A DNA stretch of 64,000 bases from Candidatus Levyibacteriota bacterium (GCA_027459725.1 DAIDHK010000002.1:35752-99751); one strand, 5' to 3'; shown: positions 1-10,256, counted from the stretch's first letter. Numbers and translations are program-made. Notes: a model not told the origin generated them from the letters alone.

Positions 1-505
1 GACTATAACCATACATCACCAGCACAAATAAGGTTACCGCCAAATAAATAATGGCATCTCCCAAGTCTGGTTGCAGATAAATAAATAGTAAGATCGGTAA
101 GATTAAAATTAAGACTAAAAACATATATTTACCTTCTGTATTGGTATGTTGTGAAAGAAATGCTGCCATGGCTAACACCAAAAGAGGTTTGCAAATCTCT
201 GAGAATTGGATACTCGCCCCAAAAAGACTTACCCATCTTACTGCTCCATGACTTTCAATACCCAAAAGAAGTACGATTCCCAGAACAATCAAAGAAAATA
301 TGTATATAGGAAGTGAAAATGACTTTAGACGCTCAAAAGACAAATTAGCTACAATAAAAAAAATAATAATTACCAAAACTGCAGAAAATAACTGAGATTT
401 AAACAACGATACGTTTATAGAAGACATAATGATTAAGCTGAACGTTAATAACACAAGCATGGGGATAAATAGCCACCAGTCGACAAAGAAAATCTGTTTT
501 TTCAT
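1..505 (-). CDS. rodA: FtsW/RodA/SpoVE family SEDS glycosyltransferase (RodA), runs off the window start
   Basis: Not in the ORF track. Manual translation from ATG at 505 gives MKKQIFFVDWWLFIPMLVLL...GAVRWVSLFGASIQFSEICKP...QPDLGDA, which are SEDS motifs. A separate ftsW lies in the dcw cluster. Confidence 0.8.
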   Translation of the reverse strand, partial: MKKQIFFVDWWLFIPMLVLLTFSLIIMSSINVSLFKSQLFSAVLVIIIFFIVANLSFERLKSFSLPIYIFSLIVLGIVLLLGIESHGAVRWVSLFGASIQFSEICKPLLVLAMAAFLSQHTNTEGKYMFLVLILILPILLFIYLQPDLGDAIIYLAVTLFVLVMYGYS

Positions 506-577
506 AGCAGGAGTTAAACATGCAGGTGGTTGTAATTGGAACATAACATTATATTCCCAACCCCTACAGAAAAAATA

Positions 578-3460
578 TTAACTAATTGTTTTTACCACAA
601 AACTATCACCTATTTCCAAAATCCCTACTAAGGCATTTTGTTTAATGTAATCTGTAAAATCCTCAGGCCACTGTGTAAGAGTGACGTTAACCATTTCATC
701 AAGCCTAGTTCCCAGCTTCTTTCTTTCTTCTTGAATCTGTCGGACAATATCTCTGGCTTGTCCTTCAGCTTTCAAATCAGGAGTAATTACTGTGTCCAAT
801 TCAAGATAAGCTTCTTTAGCAGCAGGATCATGCTTATATATTATTTTCTTAATATTAACTTCCTCAAGAATAATTCTATTCGCTTCCACTGAAAGTTCGT
901 CTATAAATCTGTTCTTATTTTTGCTAAATTTTCCTACTTTGAAGTTTTCTGGTATCACAAAGGTAATACTTGCAAGAGGTTGACGCACTCTAAGTCCCAA
1001 CTCTTTCCTTTTCGCTAAAGCCATTTCTACTATTTGTTGTGCCATAAATAATTCATTATGCTCAACTAAATACTTATCCATAATATCATGATTAAAATTT
1101 GGCCAGTCAGTTAAATGTACAGACTCATTTCCTGTTATATTTCGGTAAATCTCTTCTGAAATAAATGGTGTAATAGGCGCCATGAGTTTACAGATTGTAA
1201 TGAGCACATATGTTGCTGTCCTATAAAAAGATTCTTTATCATTCTGATCTTTAGCAGTTATACCTACTCTATCTCTACTGCGACGAATATACCAGGTAGA
1301 AAATCTTGTAATAAATATTCTAATATCACTTATTGCAAAAACACTATTATAATCTTCCAACGCCATTGTTATATTTCTAATCTGCATTTGCAAATCACAT
1401 AAAATATCTTTATCTAATATATTAGTTGGTGTAAATTCTTTCTTTTGATATATCCACTTATCAATTCCTGCATACATAGCAACAAAGTTATAAGTATTCA
1501 ATAATATAAGCAATGTTCCACGAACTTGGTTGCGGTATTGTTCTTCGGAAATCAAAATATCTTCACCTTCCATTACTGGACTACCCAGTAAATATAGCCT
1601 TAATGCATCTCCACCATACTTTTGCAGCATTTCTTTCGGATCAGGATAATTCTTGAAATTCTTACTCATTTTTCTACCATCTGTACCCAGGATTACACCT
1701 TCGACTAATACATTTTTAAAGGCAACCGATTTATATAATGCAGCACCAATGACATGTAAAACATAAAACCAGGCACGAATCTGACCGGTATACTCAGCAA
1801 TAAAATCCGGAGGGAAAAAATTCTCCAGTTTTTCAGATTTATTGAAAGGAAAATGTCTTTCTGCAAAAGAAGCAGAACCAGCTTCAATCCAACTATCTAA
1901 AACCTCAGGTGTTCTATGCATTGTTTTACCACACTTGCCACATTTAACTGTTATTTCATCAATTTCAGGCTTATGTAACGAAGTGATCTTTTGTCCAGAA
2001 GCTTCTTCCAATTCTTTGATTGAACCAGGTACGAATCGTTCACCACATTCACATTCCCAAACAGGAACAGGACTTCCCCAATAACGATTGCGGGAAATAT
2101 TCCAGTCAGGAGCAAATTCTAGGCTTTTCAAAAATCTTCCATATTTAAAATGACGAGGGAACCAGTTTACATGCTCGTTGGTTTCTTTCATTAAAGGTTT
2201 TAAAGATTTCACATCAACATACCAGGCATTTTGAGGTGCGTAATATAAACGAGTATGACAACGCCAGCAGAGTGGTACGACATGTTTGTAATCAAATTCC
2301 TGATAAATAAGACCCCGTTCACGTAAATCTTCATTCACAAACTTGTTAGCTTTAAGATAATACATCCCACCAAATTTTGGAATATCTGGGAAAATATTGC
2401 CTTCTTCATCCACGTGCATGGCAATATGTACATTTTGTTCTTTCATAACCACTAAATCTTCTTCTCCATAGGCTGCTATGGTTACCACACCTGTCCCTTC
2501 TTCAGCGGTCACAAAATCTCCGGGAATAATTTGAAATGCTTTTTCTTCAGCTTTTATATTTTTCTTATAATAATCATAATGAGGCTCAAATCTCTTACCA
2601 ACTAGCTTAGAACCCTTTATTTCTTCTATAACTTTATATTTTGGCTCTTTTTTAAGCATCTTCAACGTGGTTTTGGCTAGTATATAGTATTCATTACCCT
2701 GCCTGACTTTAACATAGGTGAATTTAGGATTTACCGCCAAAGCGGGTGTAACAATTTTATTCCAGGGAGTGGTTGACCAGGCTAAGATATATGTATTATC
2801 CTCATCGAGTAGTTTATACTTATATGTTGCTGCCAAATCAGGCATCTCCTTATGATTATCTGCATCCATTGCCACTTCAAAGTTTGAGATGGGAGTCGAG
2901 CAGTGCGGACAATAAAGTGAAACGCGCAAACCCTTGTAAATATAACCCTTGTCATACATCTGCTTAAATACCCACATTACTGATTCCATATAGGGTAAAT
3001 CCCATGTTTTGTAGGCATGTTTAAAATCAACCCAACGCCCTACATGATCTACATACCATTCCCATTCACTCGAAACTTGATTTACATAATGAAGACAACG
3101 ATTGATAAAGACTTTTATGCCAATTTTTTCTTCTATATCTTTCTTGCGCTGAATATTTAATTCTCCTTCAACTTTATTTTCAATAGGCAGACCATGTCCA
3201 TCCCACCCCCAGACTCTTCTGACATGATAACCTTTCATTGTCCAATAACGGCCAAATAAGTCTTTAGGTAGACTAGAAAGCAGAGAACCATAATGAGGCA
3301 TACCCGTAACAAATGGTGGTCCATCCAAAAATGTCCAGCGTTTATTCATTGGTCTCTGCTCGACAGATTTTTCAAATGTCCTATTTTCTTTCCAGTACTG
3401 AAGCGTTTTTTCTTCTAATTCCGGTAAAGTAACTTTTGGGTCAATTGGTTTAAAAGACAT
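578..3460 (-). CDS. ileS: Isoleucine--tRNA ligase, type 2 (archaeal/eukaryote-like)
   Basis: DGPPF-TG-PHYG, WDGHGLPIE, GRWVDF, WNISRNRYWG, KMSKN; 960 aa. Confidence 0.97.
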   Translation of the reverse strand: MSFKPIDPKVTLPELEEKTLQYWKENRTFEKSVEQRPMNKRWTFLDGPPFVTGMPHYGSLLSSLPKDLFGRYWTMKGYHVRRVWGWDGHGLPIENKVEGELNIQRKKDIEEKIGIKVFINRCLHYVNQVSSEWEWYVDHVGRWVDFKHAYKTWDLPYMESVMWVFKQMYDKGYIYKGLRVSLYCPHCSTPISNFEVAMDADNHKEMPDLAATYKYKLLDEDNTYILAWSTTPWNKIVTPALAVNPKFTYVKVRQGNEYYILAKTTLKMLKKEPKYKVIEEIKGSKLVGKRFEPHYDYYKKNIKAEEKAFQIIPGDFVTAEEGTGVVTIAAYGEEDLVVMKEQNVHIAMHVDEEGNIFPDIPKFGGMYYLKANKFVNEDLRERGLIYQEFDYKHVVPLCWRCHTRLYYAPQNAWYVDVKSLKPLMKETNEHVNWFPRHFKYGRFLKSLEFAPDWNISRNRYWGSPVPVWECECGERFVPGSIKELEEASGQKITSLHKPEIDEITVKCGKCGKTMHRTPEVLDSWIEAGSASFAERHFPFNKSEKLENFFPPDFIAEYTGQIRAWFYVLHVIGAALYKSVAFKNVLVEGVILGTDGRKMSKNFKNYPDPKEMLQKYGGDALRLYLLGSPVMEGEDILISEEQYRNQVRGTLLILLNTYNFVAMYAGIDKWIYQKKEFTPTNILDKDILCDLQMQIRNITMALEDYNSVFAISDIRIFITRFSTWYIRRSRDRVGITAKDQNDKESFYRTATYVLITICKLMAPITPFISEEIYRNITGNESVHLTDWPNFNHDIMDKYLVEHNELFMAQQIVEMALAKRKELGLRVRQPLASITFVIPENFKVGKFSKNKNRFIDELSVEANRIILEEVNIKKIIYKHDPAAKEAYLELDTVITPDLKAEGQARDIVRQIQEERKKLGTRLDEMVNVTLTQWPEDFTDYIKQNALVGILEIGDSFVVKTIS

Positions 3461-3561
3461 AGCTTCAATTGTAGCTTAAATTACCTTCTTCATCAAGCAA
3501 ATTTGCATCTTTTAATTTAATATCTGAAATTTACTATATTTCTTAAGCTAAGATACTTAAT

Positions 3562-3957
3562 ATGGTAGACGAAAAGCGTTTCTATGTAGGACTAAAGGCT
3601 TTTTTAAAAAAAGGTAACCAAATACTCATTCTTACATCATCAGATCGTGCTGAAATTGGCTTGGATTTTCCCGGAGGTAAGATTAACCAAGAAGAGACAA
3701 ATCTACTAGAAGCGTTAAAACGTGAGGTACGTGAAGAGACCAGCCTGGAAGTTAAAGTCGGGACACCGTTTGCAGTATGGACTAATGACTGGAGCACTAG
3801 CAAATATGCTAAAGATGAAATCTTCCTTGTAGGATACATATGTGACTATGTCTCAGGAGAGGTAAAACTTAGCTCCGAGCATACGGATTATAGATGGATA
3901 GATAAAAATACTTATCAAGAACTGAATGAGGGAAGTAATTATTATCTAGCGTTGTAG
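3562..3957 (+). CDS. NUDIX hydrolase (possibly slightly truncated by a premature TAG; frame continues KYFALPLFLQ to TGA at 3990)
   Basis: Nudix box PGGKINQEETNLLEALKREVREETSL; SEHTDYRW. Confidence 0.9.
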   Translation: MVDEKRFYVGLKAFLKKGNQILILTSSDRAEIGLDFPGGKINQEETNLLEALKREVREETSLEVKVGTPFAVWTNDWSTSKYAKDEIFLVGYICDYVSGEVKLSSEHTDYRWIDKNTYQELNEGSNYYLAL

Positions 3958-4030
3958 AAATATTTTGCCTTACCTCTTTTTTTACAATGACTTAAACTTA
4001 AAAACCTTGCTTTATTCATATACTAATTAT

Positions 4031-4213
4031 TTATATTCCACCACTTATTCTCATTTCTTTATAAAACATTTTCATAGCTTCCTCAACCGTTTTAGGAGCA
4101 GGTTTATTTTTTAATTTATTATACGCAATTTTAATATCAATCTTTAGATTTGGATGCTTAAGCAGCAGAGCATTCATGGCAATATAGAAAATATTCATAT
4201 TCTTAATTCCCAA
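4031..4213 (-). CDS. Small hypothetical protein or gene remnant
   Basis: 60-aa ORF downstream of the F420 operon on the same strand; no recognisable motif. Confidence 0.25.
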   Translation of the reverse strand: MGIKNMNIFYIAMNALLLKHPNLKIDIKIAYNKLKNKPAPKTVEEAMKMFYKEMRISGGI

Positions 4214-4300
4214 TCTTAGCTGAATACTTTTAAGAAGGCAACAGATATCATCCTTTATGCCACGCTTATTTTAAAGTATGGCATAAAGGAATGTATATAC

Positions 4301-5182
4301 TTACAAGCTATGTACTGCCGGAATAATTTTTTCACCAAAAATTCTGATAGGCTCAATCTCTTCAACATTTCTAATGCCGAAGATAACATGTGAAACCCCA
4401 AATTCTTTGAGATGCTTACACTTTTCGATTGCATCTTGTACATTTACTTTCCCATTCTCCGGTCTTATCTGTTCAAGCACTGTAATCTCAATATCATTAA
4501 AATCACGACCTACATCTTGACAATGTTTTTTTAGAACATCTATCTTATGTTTCAATTCCTCATCACCCGATCTGGCAAACAGATTACAAGCATCAGCATA
4601 CTTCGCAACTAATTTTAAGGTTTTTTGTTCACCACCACCACCAATCAGAATAGTTGGATGAGGTTTGGATATTGCTTGCGGGTAATTCATGGGCCACTTT
4701 GCATTCACATGCCTACCCACAAATTCTTTATCATCTCCTTTCCACATCTGTAATGCCATTTGCAATGTATCTTCCAGCCTCTCAAATCTTTCTTTCAAAG
4801 GAGGAAATGGGAAACCTAAAGCATTGGATTCTTGCTCATTCCAGGCTGCGCCTATTCCCATATATGCTCTCCCGTTACTTAAGACATCAAGAGTAGTGAC
4901 TGCTTTTATAAGCAAAGCTGGATGACGATAAATTACTCCAGTTACCATCGTTCCTAATTTGGTATTTTTTGTTAAGCCAGCAAGATAACCTAATGTAGTA
5001 TATGCTTCCAACATAGGCTCTTGCGGTTCACCTATATGCTGAATCTGAAAGAAATGATCCATCACCCAAATACTATAAAAACCAGCTTTATCTGCAGTAG
5101 TTGCTATTTCAGCTAATTTCTTACTAATATTTTTATTTCCCCCTTCCCAGGTAAAACGATTAATCTGTAACCCTATTTTCAT
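4301..5182 (-). CDS. LLM-class F420-dependent oxidoreductase (Rv1855c-like)
   Basis: MDHFFQI, EPMLEAYTTLGYLA, LGTMVTGVIYRHP, GIGAAWNE, GGGGEQKTLKLVAKYADACN; in operon with cofD/cofE; strong SD AAGGAGGTGA. Confidence 0.9.
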   Translation of the reverse strand: MKIGLQINRFTWEGGNKNISKKLAEIATTADKAGFYSIWVMDHFFQIQHIGEPQEPMLEAYTTLGYLAGLTKNTKLGTMVTGVIYRHPALLIKAVTTLDVLSNGRAYMGIGAAWNEQESNALGFPFPPLKERFERLEDTLQMALQMWKGDDKEFVGRHVNAKWPMNYPQAISKPHPTILIGGGGEQKTLKLVAKYADACNLFARSGDEELKHKIDVLKKHCQDVGRDFNDIEITVLEQIRPENGKVNVQDAIEKCKHLKEFGVSHVIFGIRNVEEIEPIRIFGEKIIPAVHSL

Positions 5183-5210
5183 AATTTCACCTCCTTCCCA
5201 AAAATATTAA

Positions 5211-6131
5211 TTATTCAATTTTTATTGTCTTTTGCGCAAGTGATCTTTTAACGTCCAATGTTTTCATTATGGTATTAGTGACTATAACTTCTATATTCAT
5301 TTTCTCAATATCAACCTTTTGATCTTTATCTTTCTCATCAATGACAATAGTATCCAAAAAATCTTTATAATACTCTGCCACACCGTTTGCAGAAACTTGC
5401 ATACCCATACTCCTCATCATCTTGTCCGCTGGTCCTTTAATAGTCATACCTCCAACAATCGGACTAACTGCTATCACCTTGGCTTGAGTTTTTTTTAATG
5501 CGTCCTTGATCCCTTCAACCGCTAAAATACTACCTATACTTACTAAGGGATTACTTGGAGCTATGAGAACTTTATCCGCTTTTATAATAGAATCCAAAAC
5601 ACCCGGAGCTGGTTTTGCTGCTGTTATACCTAGAAACTCGATTCCATGTACTTCATCTTCCGTTTGGTTTTTTACCATATATTCTTGAAAATGGATTTTC
5701 CCTTTTGGAGTTAAAATGTACGTAGAAACAGGATCATCACTCATGGGTAATAACTTAAACTTTAATCCATAATTGTCTAAAATTATTTGAGTAACTTTAG
5801 TTAAACTTTTTCCTTTTTTCAATATGTCAGTACGCAAAATATGGGTGGCAAGATCTTTATCACCGATTTTAAACCAGTCAGCATATCCCATCTTCGTGAG
5901 CTGTTCCATTGTACAAAACGTATCATTTTTTATCCCCCAGCCGGTAGTTTCATTAACCACTCCCGCTAAGGTATACGTAACAATGTCTAAATCGGGTGAT
6001 ACATGCAGACCATAGAATTCTTTATCATCGCCTGTGTTTCCGATGACAATTAAATCTTCTTCATCAATTACTTGTACAACGCCCTGTAAAAATCTCGCTG
6101 CACCCACACCACCTGCTAATACTGTAATCAT
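5211..6131 (-). CDS. cofD: 2-phospho-L-lactate/phosphoenolpyruvate transferase CofD (FbiA)
   Basis: LAGGVGAARFL, NTGDD, LHVSPDLD, GDKDLATH, HFQEY, APSNPLVSIG, VSPIVGG, KGPADKMM. Confidence 0.95.
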   Translation of the reverse strand: MITVLAGGVGAARFLQGVVQVIDEEDLIVIGNTGDDKEFYGLHVSPDLDIVTYTLAGVVNETTGWGIKNDTFCTMEQLTKMGYADWFKIGDKDLATHILRTDILKKGKSLTKVTQIILDNYGLKFKLLPMSDDPVSTYILTPKGKIHFQEYMVKNQTEDEVHGIEFLGITAAKPAPGVLDSIIKADKVLIAPSNPLVSIGSILAVEGIKDALKKTQAKVIAVSPIVGGMTIKGPADKMMRSMGMQVSANGVAEYYKDFLDTIVIDEKDKDQKVDIEKMNIEVIVTNTIMKTLDVKRSLAQKTIKIE

Positions 6132-6136
6132 AATAT

Positions 6137-6898
6137 TTAACGAAACATATCGGTATTCGCACTACGGATTAAATCTTGACCTGTTTTATTAGCTGATATA
6201 AAGTTATATCCCCTTATAAGTGCTACTGGCACTTTTTCTGTTTTGCCCATCACAAGTTCAGCTGCAGCTGCCAGTTCATCAGCCGCAGCTATAATGGTTG
6301 CTTGTAAAAATTGTCCGTTAGTATCCTGCTTACCCCGATAGTCACAGATCGCTTGCATACCAGAAACGCCTATCGCATTATTAACTTGACCTTCTCTCCA
6401 GGGCCTACCCCACGTATCAGTTATAATTACAGCTAATTTAAGATGTTGTCCATTTAAGTAAATAAGTTTTTTTCGAATATCATCTGCTGAACGATCAGGA
6501 TCTTCTGGCAAAATAGATAGTATTTCACTGTCGTCTAAGTTTGAAGCATCTACACCTGCATTGGCACAGATGAATCCCTGTTTGGTTTCACAAATTAATA
6601 CATTATGATCCATTCGTACTATCCTTTTAGTTTGCTGTAAAACTACCTCAATATGGCGTGGATCTTTGTTTGCTTTTATAGCAATTTGTCTGGCAAATTC
6701 GGAAGGAATTATTGTCTTCAAATTAATAATTCTACCTTCTGCCTTGGAAATAATTTTTTGTGTAATAACGATAATATCACCAGCTTGTAAATTAAGATCC
6801 TGTTTTTGCAGTGCAGAATAAATAATATCTGCTATCGAGTCCTTAGATTTAATATTCTTAATATTTCTAATAGGAATGATTGTTAAAGAAGTTGTCAT
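6137..6898 (-). CDS. cofE: Coenzyme F420-0:L-glutamate ligase CofE (single domain, no nitroreductase tail)
   Basis: GDIIVITQKIISKAEGR, GFICANAGVDASN, LPEDPDRSA, DTWGRPWREG, ADELAAAAELVMGK, DMFR. Confidence 0.95.
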   Translation of the reverse strand: MTTSLTIIPIRNIKNIKSKDSIADIIYSALQKQDLNLQAGDIIVITQKIISKAEGRIINLKTIIPSEFARQIAIKANKDPRHIEVVLQQTKRIVRMDHNVLICETKQGFICANAGVDASNLDDSEILSILPEDPDRSADDIRKKLIYLNGQHLKLAVIITDTWGRPWREGQVNNAIGVSGMQAICDYRGKQDTNGQFLQATIIAAADELAAAAELVMGKTEKVPVALIRGYNFISANKTGQDLIRSANTDMFR

Positions 6899-7881
6899 AG
6901 AACTTTTAAACTAGGTAACACTTTTGTACCCAACATTTTAATAAGTTCCTCCTGACGATTATTAGAAGTCGTTTGAATAACTACTGTATCGACTGTCAAC
7001 TTTGTGATTAATGGAGAATATACTTTTATATAATCCTCTGCTGATGAAAGAATAGAATACTTGCTTAAGATTTCTTCCCTAGGCAAATCGTCTGCTTCCT
7101 CTTGTAATAATTTCGGTTCAACTATCGTACTTCTGTGCGGCGCGCGTAAACCTCTCCAAGGACCTAATGCATTCCATGCTTCTTGATTATCGTCAGCAAA
7201 AACACTCCAATGAGTGGCAACTAAGCCAAAACCTATTCTACCTAATCCACTTGCTTTCTCGCTTGCTGGTTGAACAAGTTCGTTCAAAGTATCCTCAACG
7301 TTTTTTACACTGCATATTAAACCATCTGAATACTCAGCTGCCAGTAATGCTGATTTATGCCCTCCCGCAGCTAATAAAATGGGGACTTTATGCAACGGTG
7401 GACTATATAGTTTCAGCTTGTCCGCTTTATAAAATTGACCGTTTTCGTTTAGTTCTTCTCCATCTAACAACTTTCTCATTATTCTAAGAGCTTCCTTCAT
7501 TCTTGCTGAACGCTCTTTATAATTTGGATAGGTATAACCAAGCGGAACCTCATTAATTGCTTCTCCCGTTCCCACTCCTAAAATAAACCTTCCATGAGAT
7601 AAACGGTCAATAGTCGCAGCAGCTTGAGCAACAACTGCCGGGTGATAACGAAATAGAGGAGTTACTACACCCGTCATTAAATCTATCTTTTTGGTTGAAA
7701 CTGCTATGGCTCCCAAAGTTGAAAAAGCGAAACCAGCTGCAGATTGATCATCCACCCATGGATTAAAATGTTCTGAAACAAAAACTCCATCAAATCCCAC
7801 ATTCTCGGCAAGAACTGCATGTTTTACTAAATCTTCAGGTTGAAATTGCTCATGGCCACAAAAGTAATAAATTTTTGCCAT
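6895..7881 (-). CDS. F420-dependent LLM oxidoreductase, glucose/sugar-6-phosphate dehydrogenase (Fgd)-like
   Basis: HEQFQP, SEHFNPW, TGVVTPLFRYHPAVVAQAAAT, GVGTGEAINE; first gene of the F420 operon, 4-nt overlap with cofE. Confidence 0.85.
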   Translation of the reverse strand: MAKIYYFCGHEQFQPEDLVKHAVLAENVGFDGVFVSEHFNPWVDDQSAAGFAFSTLGAIAVSTKKIDLMTGVVTPLFRYHPAVVAQAAATIDRLSHGRFILGVGTGEAINEVPLGYTYPNYKERSARMKEALRIMRKLLDGEELNENGQFYKADKLKLYSPPLHKVPILLAAGGHKSALLAAEYSDGLICSVKNVEDTLNELVQPASEKASGLGRIGFGLVATHWSVFADDNQEAWNALGPWRGLRAPHRSTIVEPKLLQEEADDLPREEILSKYSILSSAEDYIKVYSPLITKLTVDTVVIQTTSNNRQEELIKMLGTKVLPSLKVL

Positions 7882-7993
7882 AGTCTAGCTTATCATTTAT
7901 ATAAAAATAATAACTGAATGTAAAGCAAGAATTATGCAAGAAACTCAGATTTATATTTCAAAAATATTCTGTTATACTCATTTCTGATTTGAT

Positions 7994-9511
7994 ATGAAAG
8001 TTCCTAAAAGAGTAATTCCCTCCACTATGGCCTCTCAGCACCCAGACCATGCGGATAAACCATATTGGTACCATAAGCACTTTATTGATGTCCATGCTGA
8101 ATCTGAAGAGTGTTTTAGAATGTTTTCTGAACTTGGAATAGATGAATATAAATGGGATTGGGAAGGAAAATTAGTAGATGAATCGGTTATGGAAAGAATG
8201 CTTGGTGAGCATTTCGATTTTTTTAAACGTTATCCACTTGGCGAAAAAAAATTTATAACATTTCGTTTACCAAATCCTAAAGTTGAAACAGAATTCCGGC
8301 TGGGCAGAGCTTTTCTGGGAATATTAAGTGCTGCAGCCATGGCTAAAAAAGTTGGTTTTGTGCACGCCCCTCTTTTTGAAGTAATTCTCCCAATGACTGA
8401 AACTTCTGAAGAGATGTTGGACATACAAAGTGCATTCCAGGAAATTAGTGGTCTAAAACACAAATTATATAAATTAGACAATAACATATTGGATAACATT
8501 GAATTAATACCTTTATTCGAACAGGTACAAACAATTATTAATTCCGATACGATTTTAAAGGAATATATTGAAGGATATAAGAAAATGTTTAAAAGTAAAC
8601 CTGAATATATGCGTCCTTACATAGCCCGCTCAGATCCAGCTCTCAACTCAGGATTGGTTCCTACAGTATTAGCTATAAAGATTGCTTTATCAAAATATAA
8701 AGAATTGACCAAACAACTTGATATCCCTTTCTATCCAATTATTGGCACTGCGGCTTTGCCTTTCCGTGGTGGATTAACTCCAGATAATGTTGAGTCTTTT
8801 GTTAGAGAATATAAAGGAATTAGAACAGTTCTTATCCAAGGAGGATTTCGTTACGACTACCCCAAAGATCTTGTTATCTCTGGTATTAAGAAACTTGATA
8901 CTTTATTAAGTAAACAAGCTGCTGTTGATGTTCCCAAAGTCGATGAGAAAGAAATTCAACACATCATCCCTTTTTTTGAGACATATTATAGAAAAACAGT
9001 AGAAGAAATAGCACCTGTTATCAACCAGCTTGCCTCTTTTCTACCAAAACGACGAGAGAGAGTACAACACATCGGACTGTTTGGATATTCTAGAGGTTTA
9101 GGAAAAGTTTCTCTGCCCAGAGCTATTGGTTTTACAGGAGCGCTTTATTCAGTTGGAATCCCGCCAGAATTAATAGGCACTGGTCGAGGCTTACGAATTA
9201 TTCATTCACTTGGCAAACAAAATTTAATAGATAGATATTATATAAACTTTAAAGCAGATATTATAAGAGCAGGCAAATATTTAAACAGGGAGAATCTAGC
9301 TGACTTAACACAAAATTCTCCTGTTTGGGGAGAAATTATTGATGACATTGATGCATTAGAAAAATATTTAAAGATTGATTTGGTACCAGTTACTAAAGAA
9401 GAAAAAGAACATCAAAAACTGACATCAAAAATCTACACAAATCTTAATAAAGGAGGAGATTTTCAAGACCTTATAGTAAAAGCTGGTATTCTTCGTAAAA
9501 GTCTCGGATAA
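7994..9511 (+). CDS. ppcA: Phosphoenolpyruvate carboxylase, archaeal type
   Basis: TMASQHPD, WDWEGK, EVILPMT, IPLFE, ARSDPALNSG, PFRGGL, HIGLFGYSR, LPRAIGFTGALYSVGIPPE; 505 aa. Confidence 0.93.
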   Translation: MKVPKRVIPSTMASQHPDHADKPYWYHKHFIDVHAESEECFRMFSELGIDEYKWDWEGKLVDESVMERMLGEHFDFFKRYPLGEKKFITFRLPNPKVETEFRLGRAFLGILSAAAMAKKVGFVHAPLFEVILPMTETSEEMLDIQSAFQEISGLKHKLYKLDNNILDNIELIPLFEQVQTIINSDTILKEYIEGYKKMFKSKPEYMRPYIARSDPALNSGLVPTVLAIKIALSKYKELTKQLDIPFYPIIGTAALPFRGGLTPDNVESFVREYKGIRTVLIQGGFRYDYPKDLVISGIKKLDTLLSKQAAVDVPKVDEKEIQHIIPFFETYYRKTVEEIAPVINQLASFLPKRRERVQHIGLFGYSRGLGKVSLPRAIGFTGALYSVGIPPELIGTGRGLRIIHSLGKQNLIDRYYINFKADIIRAGKYLNRENLADLTQNSPVWGEIIDDIDALEKYLKIDLVPVTKEEKEHQKLTSKIYTNLNKGGDFQDLIVKAGILRKSLG

Positions 9512-9515
9512 TAAA

Positions 9516-9989
9516 CTATTCATGATTCTTTGGCCATGTATCCATAACTTGACGCAATATGGCAAATTCACCTATGTGATATGATGTGTGATCAATTGCT
9601 AAAAGAACTTCATGTAAAAATGTCTGTCCGTTACCGTTTGGAACTTTAGCTTCCAGATCTAAATCTTCCTTGTTTAATAAATCGACAATTTTATTTAAAT
9701 CAGTTTCATATTCCACTGTTGTTTTTTGCCAGTCATTAGCCGTAGATCTTTTATCTCTTGTAGGCCAATAATCTTACGGCCAATTTAATTCTTTATAATG
9801 CTTGGCTGTCATAAATTCTAATAAATCTTTCTGAGTACGACGAATATGTTCCAGCAAATCCCAAGGAGAATAAGCCACATTGGGAGGAGTATTATTGATC
9901 TTACCCAGGGGAAAATCCTTTATTGCATCTATAAATGACATATGTGCTTGAGAGGTGGTAAGAAAAGAAATCAACTCCTTACGTATCAC
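9516..9989 (-). pseudogene. DinB-family protein interrupted by one in-frame TAA
   Basis: The ORFs 9774-9989 and 9516-9716 are one frame: ...ELNWP*DYWPTRDKRSTANDWQKTTVEYETD...; motifs YSPWDLLEHIR and DHTSYHIGE. Confidence 0.85.
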
Positions 9990-10256
9990 GTTATTCTCAT
10001 CCTTAATATATCACCGTAAAAGTAAAAAACATAAGTTATACAGAGTAAGTTTAATGTAATTTTTTATATTTAAACTTATTTAAAAATTCATCTTGCAAAA
10101 AAATTGTTAATTTGAATATAATGAATTATCTATTTAGATGATTCTTAAGTGTGATACGTCCTCAACTTATAATATCTTTAGTATATACTTACTCTATTTT
10201 TCTGTCCTTAATTATTATCTCGCTTCTAGATTAGGGTTATTTAATCGATACGACAC

